From assembly GCF_006345805.1 (NCBI RefSeq), contig NC_042999.1, positions 36,642,001-36,706,000 on the forward strand: a DNA stretch of 64,000 nt, in the 5' to 3' direction. Both the position numbers and the translations under genes were made by a program. Origin of the DNA: Octopus sinensis (lineage: Eukaryota). The notes beneath the pieces are model-generated. The model was not told the DNA's origin and did no database searches. It saw only the letters and a list, made by a program, of their open reading frames with translations. The first letter of the stretch is position 1; every line of letters begins with the position of its first letter. Shown in pieces: positions 26,101 to 37,334 of this stretch.

Positions 26101-27277
26101 CCAAGAAGGGCAACAGACGAGAGAACAGTATCAGGAAGCCTGGAGTGTGTGGATGGGTGAAAGGAGTAAGCATATACATTTAATTGAAATTTTTTTGTTG
26201 CAAATTAATTAAAATGAATAACACTATTTCTTCTTTTTTCTTAATTTCATTTTAACCAACAAAGGCCCTTAATAAATTCTGTTGTCCGTAAAAGTTACCT
26301 GAAGGTAGATGGTTGTCAGGGCACAACAAATGGAGTTCAGTATTTGGAACATGTACAGGCACAGATAAGTTTAACATATTCTCGACGGGGTGACCTTAAA
26401 ATCATGTTGACATCACCAAATGGCACACGCTCCGTATTACTTCCACCTCGGCCAAATGATCTTGTGGCAACAACATTTGATAATTGGCCTTTTCTCACAG
26501 TCCACTTCTGGGGAGAATATGCCATTGGTGAGTGGTTGTTGGAAATAGAAGATGTTTCAAATCACCACTCCAGTTCAGGTAATTATATTTCTTTTATCTT
26601 TTATTTGTTTCAGTAATTGGACTGTGGCTATTCTGGAGTACCACCTTAAGTGGTTTAGTCAGACAAATCAACCCCAATACTTATTTTTTTTTAATTAAAA
26701 TCTGGTACTTATATTGTCTTCTTTTGCAGAACTACTAAGTTACAAGGATGTAAATAAACCCATACCAATTGTTGGAGACAGACACAAAGAAAGATATGCA
26801 CACACACACACACGACGGGCTTCTTTCAGTTTCTGTCTACCAAATCCACTCACAAGGCTTTGGTCAGCCTGGGGCTTTAGTAGAAGATACTTGCCCAAGG
26901 TGTTACACAGCGGGTCTGAATCTTGGGAAGCAAACTTCTTAACACACAGCCATGCTAATTAATTTCAGTGAATATTTTGACTTTTTTGTTGAAATACATC
27001 CGTATATTTTATGTCTTAATTTTTTGAAGCATATCATTATCTGAACTGATGGAGAAAAAATTTTCAAAATATTAGCCTCTACTCTATTACTGTGTGATTT
27101 TCATGCTGGGCAAAATGCTTGGTAGCATTTGTTTGTCTTTACGTTCTGAGTTCAGATTCCACCAAGGTCAACTTTGCCTTTCATCCTTTTGGGATCAATA
27201 AAATAAGCACCAGGGTTGATATAATCAACTTGCCCCTTCACTCGAAATTTCAGGCCTTGTTCCTTTATTAAAAAGGA

Positions 27278-27309
<32 letters not shown>

Positions 27310-27696
27310 TTATTACTATCATTATTAAGGTGGCAAGCGGTAGAATTGTTGGCGTCGTCGTCGTTGTCATTATTATTATTATTATTATTAAGGTGGCAAG
27401 CGGTAGAATTGTTAGCACACTGGGCGAAATACTTAGTGGCAATTTGACCCATCTTCACATACTGAGTTCAAATTCCGCTGAGATCGATTTTATCTTTCAC
27501 CCTTTCGGGGTCAATAAATTAAGTACCACTGAAACACTGAGGTCAGTTGGGGTCAATGTAATCAACTAGTCTCCTCCCCCAAAATTTCAGGCCTTACGCC
27601 TTTAGTAGAAAGGATAGGACAGTAGAACTAACGAATAGTTAATGGCCATTCAACAGTGTGTACATATATGTGGGATGCTTTCTGTGTGTGTGTATG

Positions 27697-27746
<50 letters not shown>

Positions 27747-30700
27747 ATATTTTTAAGCTTCTTTCTATATTTATATTTTTACATTTTTTTAATATTTACA
27801 TTTGTTATTTCTTTTATAACTTTTTCTAGGTTTTTTTTTTCTTTTTTTTTTTTTGTCGTTTTTGCTTAATGAATAAACCCCTCCAGAAAATACAGATGGA
27901 GGGCCCTCGAAGGCAGCTGGTGGAGAGGACTGAGCCAAACCATCTTCTGGCAGCCCCTCCAACCTTGCTGATTTCCAAACAAACTTCATGTTTATCTGGC
28001 AGGGTTTGGGATCTGAGGATCATCAACTGTATGGAGTGGGGCTTGCAGTCAACATGATCAGCACACCACAAGGAGTATCTGAGCACATTATCACCATCAA
28101 CTAAATCAGGCACCATCCATCTCATCAGCACCTATGTTCCCACACTGGCAGCTGAGAATGTAAACAAGGACAAGTTCTACAAAGACCTGCTAAAAGTGCT
28201 TGATCAAATGTTTGAAAAAAAAATGAAGTTTTCATCCTCGATGACTTCAGTACAAGAGTTGGGTCGTGTCAGCAGATGTGGCCAATTTGTCTTAGACATT
28301 TTGGAATTGGGAAGATCAACAAAAACAAACAGAGATTTTAGAATTCTACTCTAATAATTGCCTCTGTATTACAAGCACCTTCTACAATGACAAGGACTGA
28401 AAGAGAACAAAGACACCATCCTCCCTCATATGTAAAAGCTCTTGATTCTCTGTTGACATGAAAGATGCCGACGTAGTGACCCTATGTAAGAATAAGAGAG
28501 ACAAGAGAGATTGCAACAACTGCACAGGCATTTCATTGCTATGTATTACAGGAAAAGTATTTGCCTGAATACTGTTGAAGCGCCTGCAGAAGTTAGCAGA
28601 GAGAGTTCTTCCAGAAAGTCAGAGTGGCTTCAGATCAAGATGATATTTTCTCTTTGACAGCTCCAAGAAATGTGTTGCAAACAAAGTCAACCCCTACGTG
28701 TGTCAGCTGTATGCCTAACTAAGGCATTTGATACAGTTAGTAGATCAGGATTGTGAATATTTCTTCAAAAGATTGGATGTCTACCAACTCTTTTCCAACT
28801 GATGTCCTTCCGTGGAGGTATGAAAGCCATGGTCCAGTTTGATCGTTCCACATCAGACGGCTTTGAGATCAGAATCAGGTTTAAACAGAGTTGAGTTCTG
28901 GTACTGACCCTTTTCAACATCTTTGCCCTGTTGTTGCAGATTGTCTTCAAAAAATCTCTTGGAAATGTCTGCCTTCACTGGAGAACTGATGAGTCCCTTT
29001 TTAATCTTGCATGCTTCAGAGCAAAAACCAAGACCGAGTCAACCTTGATCAGAGATTTCCTCCTTGCAGATGATGCAACACTGGTTGCTCACAGTGAGTC
29101 AACACTACAGACAATGATGGAGCACCTTTCACAAGCCTTCAAAGCATTTTCTCTTGTAATCAGCATCAAGAAGACTATCATTCGGACACAAAATAGCACA
29201 ACTGAAGACAACATCATGCTGGACAAGACTTTGGGATTTAAAGAAATTCTGCTAATTTGGGTCCACAATAACTTCGACGACCTTCCTAGACAACTAAATT
29301 GGTGTCAGGATAGGAAATGCTGCTACATCTTTTGGTAGACTCAGCAAAAGAGCATGGAACACAGTCATCATCATCATCATCATCATCATCGTTTAACGTC
29401 CGTTATCCATGCTAGCATGGGTTGGACGGTTCGACCGGGGATCTGGGAAGCCAGAAGGCTGCACCAGGCTCCAGTCTTATCTGGCAATGTTTCTACAGCT
29501 GGATGCCCTTCCTAACGCCAACCACTCCGTGAGTGTAGTGGGTGCTTTTTACGTGCCACCTGCACAGGTGCCAGGCGAGGCTGGCAACGGCCACGGTCGG
29601 ATTGGTGTATTTTATGTGCCACCGGCACGGAAGCCAGTCAAGGCGGCGCTAGCATCAGCCACGAGTCGGATAGTGCTTTTTACGTACCACCAGACCAGGG
29701 ATCCTGGCTGGTTCAATTCGATTTCGATTTTGCTTGCCCAACATGTCTTCGCAAGCAAAAGGGGCTGGCATGGGTGCCTGTCGTATGGTCGGATTGGTGT
29801 ATTTTACGTGCCACTGGCACAGAAGCCAGTGGAAGCGGCGCTGGCATCGGCCATGAGTCGGATAGTGCTTTTTACGTACCACCAGACCAGGGATCCTGGC
29901 TGGTTCAATTCGATTTCGATTTCGCTTTCGCTTGCCCCAACATGTCTTCGCAAGCAAAGAGGGTTGACATGGGTGCCTGTCGTCGGATGAGGTTCTATAT
30001 CGACTTTGCTTGCCTCAACAGGTCTTTGTGTCCAAGGGAGGAAAGGCATTCATAAGTGGGCTGGGCTCACTTGTCCTGCCTGGTCTTCTCACGTACAGCA
30101 TATTTCCAAAGGTCTCGGTTGCTGGTCATTTCCTCAGTGAGGCCTAAAGTTCGAAGGTCGTGCTTCACCACCTCGTCCCAGGTTTTCCTGAGTCTACCTC
30201 TTCCACGGGTTCCCTCAACTGCTAGGTATTGGTAGTGAATGCCAAAATAAGTATTTATGGAGCATACATACTGATCGCACACACACACCCCTCTATGGAT
30301 CAGAGACCTGAACACTATACACTGGACAAGAGAAGAAGCTCAATGTCTTTCATTTGAGATGCCTGCACAAGATCTTTGGAATTACCTGGCAAGACAAAGT
30401 AGCCAACATGGAAGTCTTGAAACAGGCAGCACTTCTGAGCATGACAGCTATTCAGTGCAAAAGAAGACTAAGATGGTTTGGACATGTGAAACGGATGGAT
30501 GAGGACAGAATTCCCAAATAGCTGTTATATGGCAAGTTGGCTTCAGATAGCAGATCCACAAGCTGATCGAAGCTGAGATTTGAAGACATATGCAAAAGCA
30601 GCCTGACCAAGTGCCATATCAATGCAAAAATTTGGGGAAAAGTTAGCTGACAGAACAGCATGAAAATCTTCAGTGAACAAAGGAGTCAAACAGCTTGAAG

Positions 30701-31278
30701 AAGGAAACATCTTGGCCCTCGAAGCCAAAGAAAGAAAGACATCACACTGCAGCCCTACACCACCTTCCTTGCTTGCAAATTTTGCAGCAGAACTTGCTCA
30801 TCAAACATAGGATCAGCCATTAAAAGAAGCTGAGAAGCTGCAGGAAGAATACAAGTACTTAAGACATTCTCCACTGCTTAGACAATCTGTTAAGACATAA
30901 AGGGCTGATTATTATTATCATTATTATTAAGGGCAGATAAAAAGTACTAGTCATGCACTGGTACTATTATGGGTCAAATACTGTACTAATTGGGAATTTA
31001 CTCTTTTGTTCAACAATTACTAATTATGGAAAGGGATTTTTCTCTATATATATACACAGGGTCAGCCAAAAGTCATGCACAGAATTATCGAAGACATGCT
31101 TCAATTATTCTAAAAGTGAATAAAATATATAAGATAATGAAGAATACACATACACTTGTACATGATGAACAAAATGAATAATAGTAATAATAATAATAAC
31201 ATAATATAATGTCAAGTGTTTTGGTGTGTAACTTTTAGCCCATCCTGTGTATATATGTGGGTGTGTATGCGTGTGTGA

Positions 31279-31320
<42 letters not shown>

Positions 31321-31516
31321 TCTCTTTGGTGTCTCTCTTTGACAAGGTACCCTAACTGACTGGAAGTTGATTTTGCATGGTACTCAAGAGAATCCTGTAA
31401 AGCATAGAATGAAATCAGGATTTGGAAATAGCATTACTGATTCCAATGACCTAGAAGTGTTTACAACCAAGTCTGAAGATCAGATTGATAAAGGAAGCAA
31501 CCTATCTACTAATCAG
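3943..31516 (+). CDS. Furin/PC5-like proprotein convertase (S8B catalytic domain + P domain), partial gene; 8 exons joined
   Basis: Eight GT-AG exons (89,173,213,101,104,118,314,170 nt) with compatible phases give one open frame: [97 protein letters not shown]. The oxyanion Asn excludes PC2, and YLEEC resembles PC5/PACE4/furin-2. Exact orthologue not assigned. Confidence 0.96.
7334..7506 (+). CDS. Convertase exon ([15 protein letters not shown]...[17 protein letters not shown]...GIQK)
   Basis: tttatag acceptor, AAG|gttag donor, 173 nt; lies inside track ORF 7312..7605. Confidence 0.97.
7756..7924. repeat. Long fold-back inverted repeat (about 83-bp arms, almost no loop)
   Basis: atctctactaaatgtcaccactc... 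pairs with ...gagtggtgatatttagtagagat, with few mismatches. Confidence 0.9.
10057..10269 (+). CDS. Convertase exon with oxyanion Asn ([17 protein letters not shown]...WYLEECAST...EPQI)
   Basis: ttttgcag acceptor, ATT|gtgag donor, 213 nt, phase 0-0. Confidence 0.97.
10584..10930 (+). mobile_element. tRNA-derived SINE with 13-bp TSD
   Basis: A box tggctcagtgg, B box gagttcaatcc; TSD acctgacctgtgt at 10571-10583 and 10931-10943. Confidence 0.85.
11593..11833 (+). mobile_element. 5'-truncated CR1/L2-type LINE 3' end
   Basis: [22 protein letters not shown]-terminal motif and (TTAAC)n tail. Confidence 0.75.
11971..12521 (+). mobile_element. Possible solo LTR
   Basis: TG...CA ends flanked by aaac, TATA-like ctatataa at about 12179, AATAAA at 12421, internal tctgtcagca repeats; boundaries uncertain. 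Confidence 0.4.
12936..13036 (+). CDS. Convertase exon with catalytic Ser ([33 protein letters not shown])
   Basis: aattctag acceptor, AA|gtaac donor, 101 nt. Confidence 0.97.
13278..13675 (-). mobile_element. RTE-type LINE 3' UTR fragment
   Basis: (CAT)n start on + strand followed by the family sequence; other copies at about 14945-15060, 23887-24245, 49943-50210, 55500-55634 and 58675-58880. Confidence 0.8.
14253..14356 (+). CDS. Convertase exon ([35 protein letters not shown])
   Basis: acttgcag acceptor, G|gtaag donor, 104 nt. Confidence 0.96.
15319..15436 (+). CDS. Convertase exon ([39 protein letters not shown])
   Basis: atatacag acceptor, GT|gtaagt donor, 118 nt. Confidence 0.95.
15628..16012 (+). 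mobile_element. Young tRNA-derived SINE family C with 13-bp TSD
   Basis: TSD caccaatctcaaa at 15615-15627 and 16013-16025; nearly identical inverted copy at 33361-33744. Confidence 0.88.
16346..16622 (-). mobile_element. 5'-truncated R4/Dong-like non-LTR retrotransposon 3' end
   Basis: [11 protein letters not shown]...[20 protein letters not shown]-terminus, short 3' UTR, (TAA)n at both junctions. Confidence 0.7.
16860..19270 (-). mobile_element. Decayed R4-clade LINE (RT + CCHC + restriction-like endonuclease)
   Basis: ORF 18140..18928 has RT motifs [40 protein letters not shown] and YKYLG; downstream [14 protein letters not shown] and [22 protein letters not shown]; stops and frameshifts present. 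Confidence 0.85.
20503..20792 (+). mobile_element. 5'-truncated CR1/L2-type LINE 3' end
   Basis: TRGHAYKV...[18 protein letters not shown] motif followed by (TTA)n tail. Confidence 0.78.
21433..21831 (-). mobile_element. Non-autonomous Helitron
   Basis: On the minus strand: 5'-TC start, subterminal hairpin CCCG-AGCAACGC-CGGG, CTAG 3' end, A|T insertion site, no TSD. Confidence 0.8.
21844..22365 (-). mobile_element. Non-autonomous Helitron with about 215-bp extra internal segment
   Basis: Same termini as 21433-21831, separated from it by a 12-bp spacer. Confidence 0.8.
23546..24740 (+). mobile_element. Decayed mariner transposase relic interrupted by an RTE tail
   Basis: Frame-broken motifs [68 protein letters not shown]; mariner-like left end ctgaaagtaatgca. 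Confidence 0.75.
25654..25988. mobile_element. hAT-like MITE
   Basis: Ends cagggattctcaacc / gattgagagccattg; related elements at about 19272-19465 and 50449-50700, the latter with an 8-bp 6/8 TSD. Confidence 0.6.
26265..26578 (+). CDS. Convertase P-domain exon ([19 protein letters not shown]...[19 protein letters not shown]...[17 protein letters not shown]...)
   Basis: First AG after a polypyrimidine tract (AAG acceptor), G|gtaat donor, 314 nt, phase 2 to 1; conserved RRGDL motif. Confidence 0.94.
27870..30830 (+). mobile_element. Decayed RTE-BovB-like LINE (APE + RT + C-terminus), split by the insertion at 29365-30228
   Basis: FIWQG...[74 protein letters not shown]; many stops and frameshifts. 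Confidence 0.85.
29365..30228 (-). mobile_element. 5'-truncated RTE-type LINE: ORF C-terminus + tandem-repeat 3' UTR + (GAT)n tail
   Basis: Minus ORF ends [31 protein letters not shown]; internal duplication of about 180 bp in the UTR. Confidence 0.85.
31053..31251. mobile_element. Tc1/mariner-type MITE
   Basis: TIR tacacagggtcagccaaaagt / acttttagcccatcctgtgta in a TA context. Confidence 0.65.
31347..31516 (+). CDS. Convertase exon ending the P domain ([18 protein letters not shown]...STNQ)
   Basis: ctctttgacaag acceptor, CAG|gtgaga donor, 170 nt, phase 1 to 0; W-x-L-x-L-H-G-T motif closes the P domain. Confidence 0.9.
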
Positions 31517-31570
31517 GTGAGACACACTTTCATAGAAATTATCTTCCTCTGTCTTCATTGGGTAAAATAG

Positions 31571-31759
31571 TACGAAGGGGTCCTGAAAAGTTCCTGGCTT
31601 CTGAGTTATTTTACAGGGCTTAGAAAAACTGAAGGACTGCTGCTGCAATAAGTGTATGAATCTGAAAGGAGAATATGCTGAATAAAATCAATCATAATTA
31701 AATCCTCCCATGTTTTCTTTTGCCTCCCAAAGCCAGGAACTTTTCAGCACCCTCTCGTA
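31571..31759. mobile_element. Mariner-type MITE, copy 1
   Basis: TIR tacgaaggggtcctgaaaagttcctggct / agccaggaacttttcagcaccctctcgta. Confidence 0.75.
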
Positions 31760-31765
31760 TGTATG

Positions 31766-31972
31766 TATGAGGAGGTGCTGAAAAATTCCTGGCTTTAAGG
31801 GTATCACAAAAGGCTTGGGTGGAGGCCCAACCTTCTGAGTTCTTTTACAGGGCTTAGAAAAAGTGAAGGACAATTGCAATTAGTGTGTGAATCTTAGAGG
31901 GGAATCATAATTAGCTGATGTCCCTGTGTTTTTTCTAACCCAAAAGCCAGGGACTTTGCAGCACCCCTCATA
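31766..31972. mobile_element. Mariner-type MITE, copy 2
   Basis: TIR tatgaggaggtgctgaaaaattcctggct / agccagggactttgcagcacccctcata. Confidence 0.75.
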
Positions 31973-33360
31973 TCTTCCTCTGTCTTCATTGTGTACAACA
32001 GTTAATTACAATGAGATTTCAATTTAAAGGTATATACTCATCTACTTTGTGTAAGAAACCTGTGGCATTCTTTAGACACCTATTTCTCCTTCCCTTCATC
32101 ATCATCATCATGGATCCAAACAAATTTTGGATTTAGCTGAACGAATATTTGCTGGATAAATATTTAGCTTTAAAATTTGAAAGAAATAGTTTCAGTTTAA
32201 ACTATGACAATCCTCGTGATTGTAATTACACAATTTGTTGTGAAGGTACATGGCTCAGTGGTTAGAGTGTCAGGTACACACATGAGGTAGTTGGTTCAAT
32301 TCCCGGACTGGGCTGTGTGTTGTGTTCATGAGCAAGACACTTTATTTTACATTGTTCCTGTTCACTCAGCTGTAGAAATGAGTTGCAACATCACTGGTGC
32401 CAAGCTGTATCAGCCTTTGGCTTTCCTTTGGATAGCATTCGTGGTGTGGAGAGGGGATGCTGGTATGCATGGGCGACTCCTAGTTTTCCATAAAAACAGC
32501 CTTGCCTACACTTGTGCCTTGGAGGGTAACTTTCTAGGTGCATCCCATGGTCATTCATGACCAAAGGGGGTCTTTATCCTGTACCTTGTGAAGGTGATTA
32601 ATACAACTGGCAGTAAGGGTCATTAACAACTGATAGTGATGGTAATTACACAATTTGTATTGGTTTTTATTACACAACAAGCTGTGATGTTTTTAGATGT
32701 AGTTAATTTGTTTCAGTCATTAGACTGAGGCCATGCTGGGGCACTGCCTTGAAGAGCTTTTAGTCAAATGAATCAACCCCAGTACTTTTATTTTAAGCCT
32801 GGTTCTTCTATCTATCTCTTTTTACCAAACTTTGCTAAGTTATGGTGACATAAACAAACCAACACCAGTTGTCAAGCAGTAGCGGGGGACAAACGCAGAC
32901 ACCAAGATACACACACACACATACACATTAACTCACATATATGACAGGCTTCCTTCAGTTTCCATTCACCAAATACACTTACTAGGCTTTGGTTGGCCTG
33001 AAGCTGTAGTAGAAGACACTTGCCCAAGGTGCCATGTAGTGGGATCAAACCTGGAACCATGTGGTTGAGAAGCAAGCTACTTACCACGTAGCCACACTTG
33101 TGCCTGTTATAATTCTAGTTAGAAATTTTAAAAAGAAGTAATCGTTTTTTTCAATACTCCTCAGCTTTTCAGAACCCATCTCTGTTTGAACCCAGCATAA
33201 TATAGTCGACTTGATCTTTTCATTAAAGATATCAGGTCTTTTCCTGGGAACTGCCACACAAAGTCTTACATGGAATACTGTTTTAATATGCATTAATTAG
33301 TTACACTAATGTCTTTCATGATTACCATTATCTTCATCCATGATATCTCATACAAGTTGT

Positions 33361-33744
33361 GGATGGAAGCACTCCGTCGGTTATGACGATGAGGGTTCCG
33401 GTTGATCCGAATCAACAGAACAGCCTGCTCGTGAAATTAACGTGTAAGTGGCTGAGCACTCCACAGACACGTGTACCCTTAACGTAGTTCTCGGGGATAT
33501 TCAGCGTGACACAGAGAGTGACAAGGCCGGCCCTTTGAAATACAGATACAACAGAAACAGGAAGTAAGAGTAAGAGAAAGTTGTGGTGAAAGAGTACAGC
33601 AGGGATCACCACCATCCCTGCCGGAGCCTCGTGGAGCTTTAGGTGTTTTCGCTCAATAAACACTCACAACGCCCGGTCTGGGAATCGAAACCGCAATCCT
33701 ATGACCGCGAGTCCGCTGCCCTAACCACTGGGCCATTGCGCCTC
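33361..33744 (-). mobile_element. Young SINE family C copy with 12-bp TSD
   Basis: TSD catacaagttgt at 33349-33360 and 33745-33756. Confidence 0.88.
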
Positions 33745-34065
33745 CATACAAGTTGTATATAATATCTTATATAATGTTTATGCATTATCAGCAACAGCAA
33801 CATTATTTTCACCCACTTTTTTATGCTGGCATAGTTAGAACGGTTTTTCTACAGCAGTGCTTTAAAGTCAAATGCTCTTTCTATCATCAACCCTTTTAGT
33901 CCCTTCAAGTGGCTTGCCATGATGCAGTACCCCTAGTCATAAAACTACGACGAAAATGTGTTTCTACATACATATATTACTACTGATGCTCTTCCTGTTG
34001 TCAACTCTCACCTGTTTCCAAGCAAGGTGATATTTCTCCATGGCTTGACAGTTTTTCATAGAATA

Positions 34066-34374
34066 TCTTTATATATAAAACTAACGTTGTGTGTGTGTGT
34101 GTCTGTCTACTCCGATTTAGATTCCTAACTACTCCCACATTTTGCGATGCAGTTTAACTAAAAGCGGGTATCTTATAGTCGTGATTCATATCGAGCCCTT
34201 CTGGGTATTAGCACGCGTCTACGATGAGTCTACGATTTTAAAAAAATTATTTACCATCATTTTTCCGCATTTTTAATGATTTTTGCTCGGGTTATATAAA
34301 GGAAGTAACTCTCTAAAAATGCTTATATAGTTATTTCCCTTACAAACCTGAGCAACGCCGGGTGGTACTGCTAG
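34066..34374 (+). mobile_element. Non-autonomous Helitron
   Basis: A|TC start, subterminal hairpin, CTAG|T end; same family as 21433-22365. Confidence 0.8.
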
Positions 34375-36270
34375 TTAGAAATAAATAACATTCATGTAAT
34401 GTCAAGACAAGGCAGAGAGACAGAGAGAGAGACTCATATATACATAACAAGCTTCTTACAGTTTCTGTCTATCAAATCCATTCACAAGGCTTTGATCAGC
34501 CTGTGGCTCAAGGGGCCACACAGTGATACTGAATTCGAACACCACATATGGCTAGGAAGCAAACTTGTTAATCGGGTCACCTCACCTGCACCTAATTATT
34601 ATTCATACCAACAGATTACATTGTCAATAAAAACTTGATAATAGGTATTAGCAGCACTAATTTGATACAGAAAAGAGAAACAAATCTGCTGATATGACAT
34701 AGCAGAAAAAAATTATATCTTATTTGAAATGATGGCATGAAATATGCTCTGTCATGTAATCAATAATGTGGTTACTCATCCAAAGATAGATATGAGGTTT
34801 ATATTCTGTTTCTTGTATCGTTTCTCTATCATGTTTTAAGTTTATGCATTTATTATTTCGTATCAAATGACATTAGGCGCATATATATGGTGGCTGTCTG
34901 CTAAACTGCAGTGCTTCACCACTTCTTATACCTAGTGTGAGATCTTAAATGACTTTTATGCTCTGAAAGGTGCTGGAAGAGCTGATCACATAAACTGAAG
35001 CAATATCTCATTGGTTCCATTTTCCATTTGTTTATTATGAATTTATGTATGTATTTATGTGCATATATCTATCCATCTAGCTATCTATATGCACATACAC
35101 ATATGCATATATATGTATATATACATATACACATATATGTATGTATATATATGTGTGTAGATGCAGGCATGCTTGCTAGCCAACCATGTGGTCTTGTGTT
35201 CAGTGCCGCTGTGCGGTACCTTGGGCTAGTATCTTCAACTATACTCTCAAGCTGACCAAAGCCACATGAGTAAATTCGGCAGATGGAAATTGAAAGAAGC
35301 TCATCATAAATGTGTATGTTTACGTGTATACTTGTTCTGTCATCATGTAGTGGTTGTAAATGAGCATCCCTGTCATACCAGTGATGTTCATTTCCGGTAA
35401 TCTGTGGTGAAATATTACCTCCCTTGGCAACAAGTGAGGGTTGGAAACAGGAAAGGCATTCAACCATAGATAATCTGCCTCTGCAAATTCTGAAAAGTAA
35501 GCATTAATTAATAATGACGATGGTGGTGGTGGTGGTGGCGGCAGTGGTGGTGGTGGTTGTGGTGGTGGCAGTGGCAGCAGTGGTGGTGCATAAAAAATAG
35601 TTTAATTGCTAATTCATGAGAAAAATCATATTCTGATATATGGAAGAATTCAAATCTCTTTGTCTCATTTTTGTGGAATTCTTTACTGTTTTTTTTTGCA
35701 TTGTTCATATTAAATCTTATCAGTTTGCTTTGTAACAAAAATTTTCTGCTTGTTTTCAATTCTTTTCTACATATATATAAAAAGAAAACGTATTTATGTT
35801 TATTAAATTAATATTTTTGAGAAGTTGTTGTACATATTGTTATGTCATGTCCTTGTTATTGTTGTTGCTTATATGTGGGTCTGTACTAATTGAAAAAAAC
35901 ATGATCAAAAGCATTCCTGCCATGACCATCCTGTCCTTTTATTCAATCAAAGTACATCTAGGGCAACCTTATGCAAAGTAGTCTTCTTCTTAAGGTGCTA
36001 AGGTGTATCGTGATGGAAATTTGGTTGACATTTCCAGCAGGTCAAACAACCATGTAGTGGTTCACTTGTTGACTTGTACTGCTTATTGACAATTGTGTTG
36101 ATGTTGCTGTCATGTTTGGGGCATTTCTTTTGGCTCTTAACATTCTGAGTTCAAATCCTACTGAATCAATAAAAATAAGTACCAGTTGAACAGTGAGGTT
36201 GATGTAATTGACATTTGCTGGCCTTATGCCAAAATTTGAAACAATTATCATTATCATTATTATGATGATG

Positions 36271-36311
<41 letters not shown>

Positions 36312-37031
36312 GGCAGCTAGCTGGCAGAATCATTACAGGATTGAAAGAAATGTTTTGCAATATTTCCTCTAACTCATTACATTCTGAGTTCAAATTTTGC
36401 CGAGGTCGGCTTTGCCTTTCAATCTTTGGGATCAATGAAGTACCAGTCAAGTACTGGGTTTAATGTACTCAACTAGCCCCCCTCCTCCCCAAAATTTCAG
36501 ACTCTGTGTCTATAGTTGAAAGAACTATTATTTTTATCATTGCTTTTATTATTATTATTTTTTTATTTTTGCTTTTATTATTATTTTTTTTTATGTTTGC
36601 TTTTATTATTATTATTCTCCTATTGTGACAGTAATTGTTGTATTGTTATTTTTCTCAAGTAGAATCTTGATCTACTTCATTCAACCTTTGACTAAGGGAT
36701 GGAGGGAGTTTTACATATACATCAAAATTCAGGTTTCATCACTAGGCATTGACATTCATGTTATTGCTAATGGTATATATATATAACATGAAAGAAATTG
36801 GTTCAACAAGGAACTGTTAAGCCCATCAAATAAATATATATATCGCTAGCCACTACACATTCTTTATTTTCTCTCCTTGTTTCTTTCTGTGTTCCTTTCT
36901 GTTAAAGAGCATAGGCTCGAAACATTAAAGACTTTTTCACTTCCCGAGCGTTATACTAATACATCTGTTTGTTGACTACACCACCTGTCTTCATCTTTTG
37001 TTTTTTGTGAATTCTCCCTACATATATATAT

Positions 37032-37334
37032 AATTGCAGCGTGGAATGTGTTTATAAGCCATTTTTAAAAAAAACACTCACAAAAACCATTAGATTCACT
37101 TCAACATTTAAATTTAATTTGCATCAAAATATTTTTATTTTGAAAATGCAACCTGTTCACTGACAAAATTTCATGCTGCATCAGCTCCTTGTTGAACCAA
37201 TTTTGTCAGTGAATAGGTCACGGTTTCAAAGTGAAAGAATATTTTGACACCAGTTAAATTTACATATTGAAGTGAATCTAATGGGTTTTTTTGTGTTTTT
37301 TAAATGGCTTGTAAACACCTTCCGTGCTGCAATT
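37032..37334. repeat. Fold-back element (about 135-bp imperfect arms, 28-nt loop), probably a MITE
   Basis: 37032-37170 is the approximate reverse complement of 37199-37334. Confidence 0.85.
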
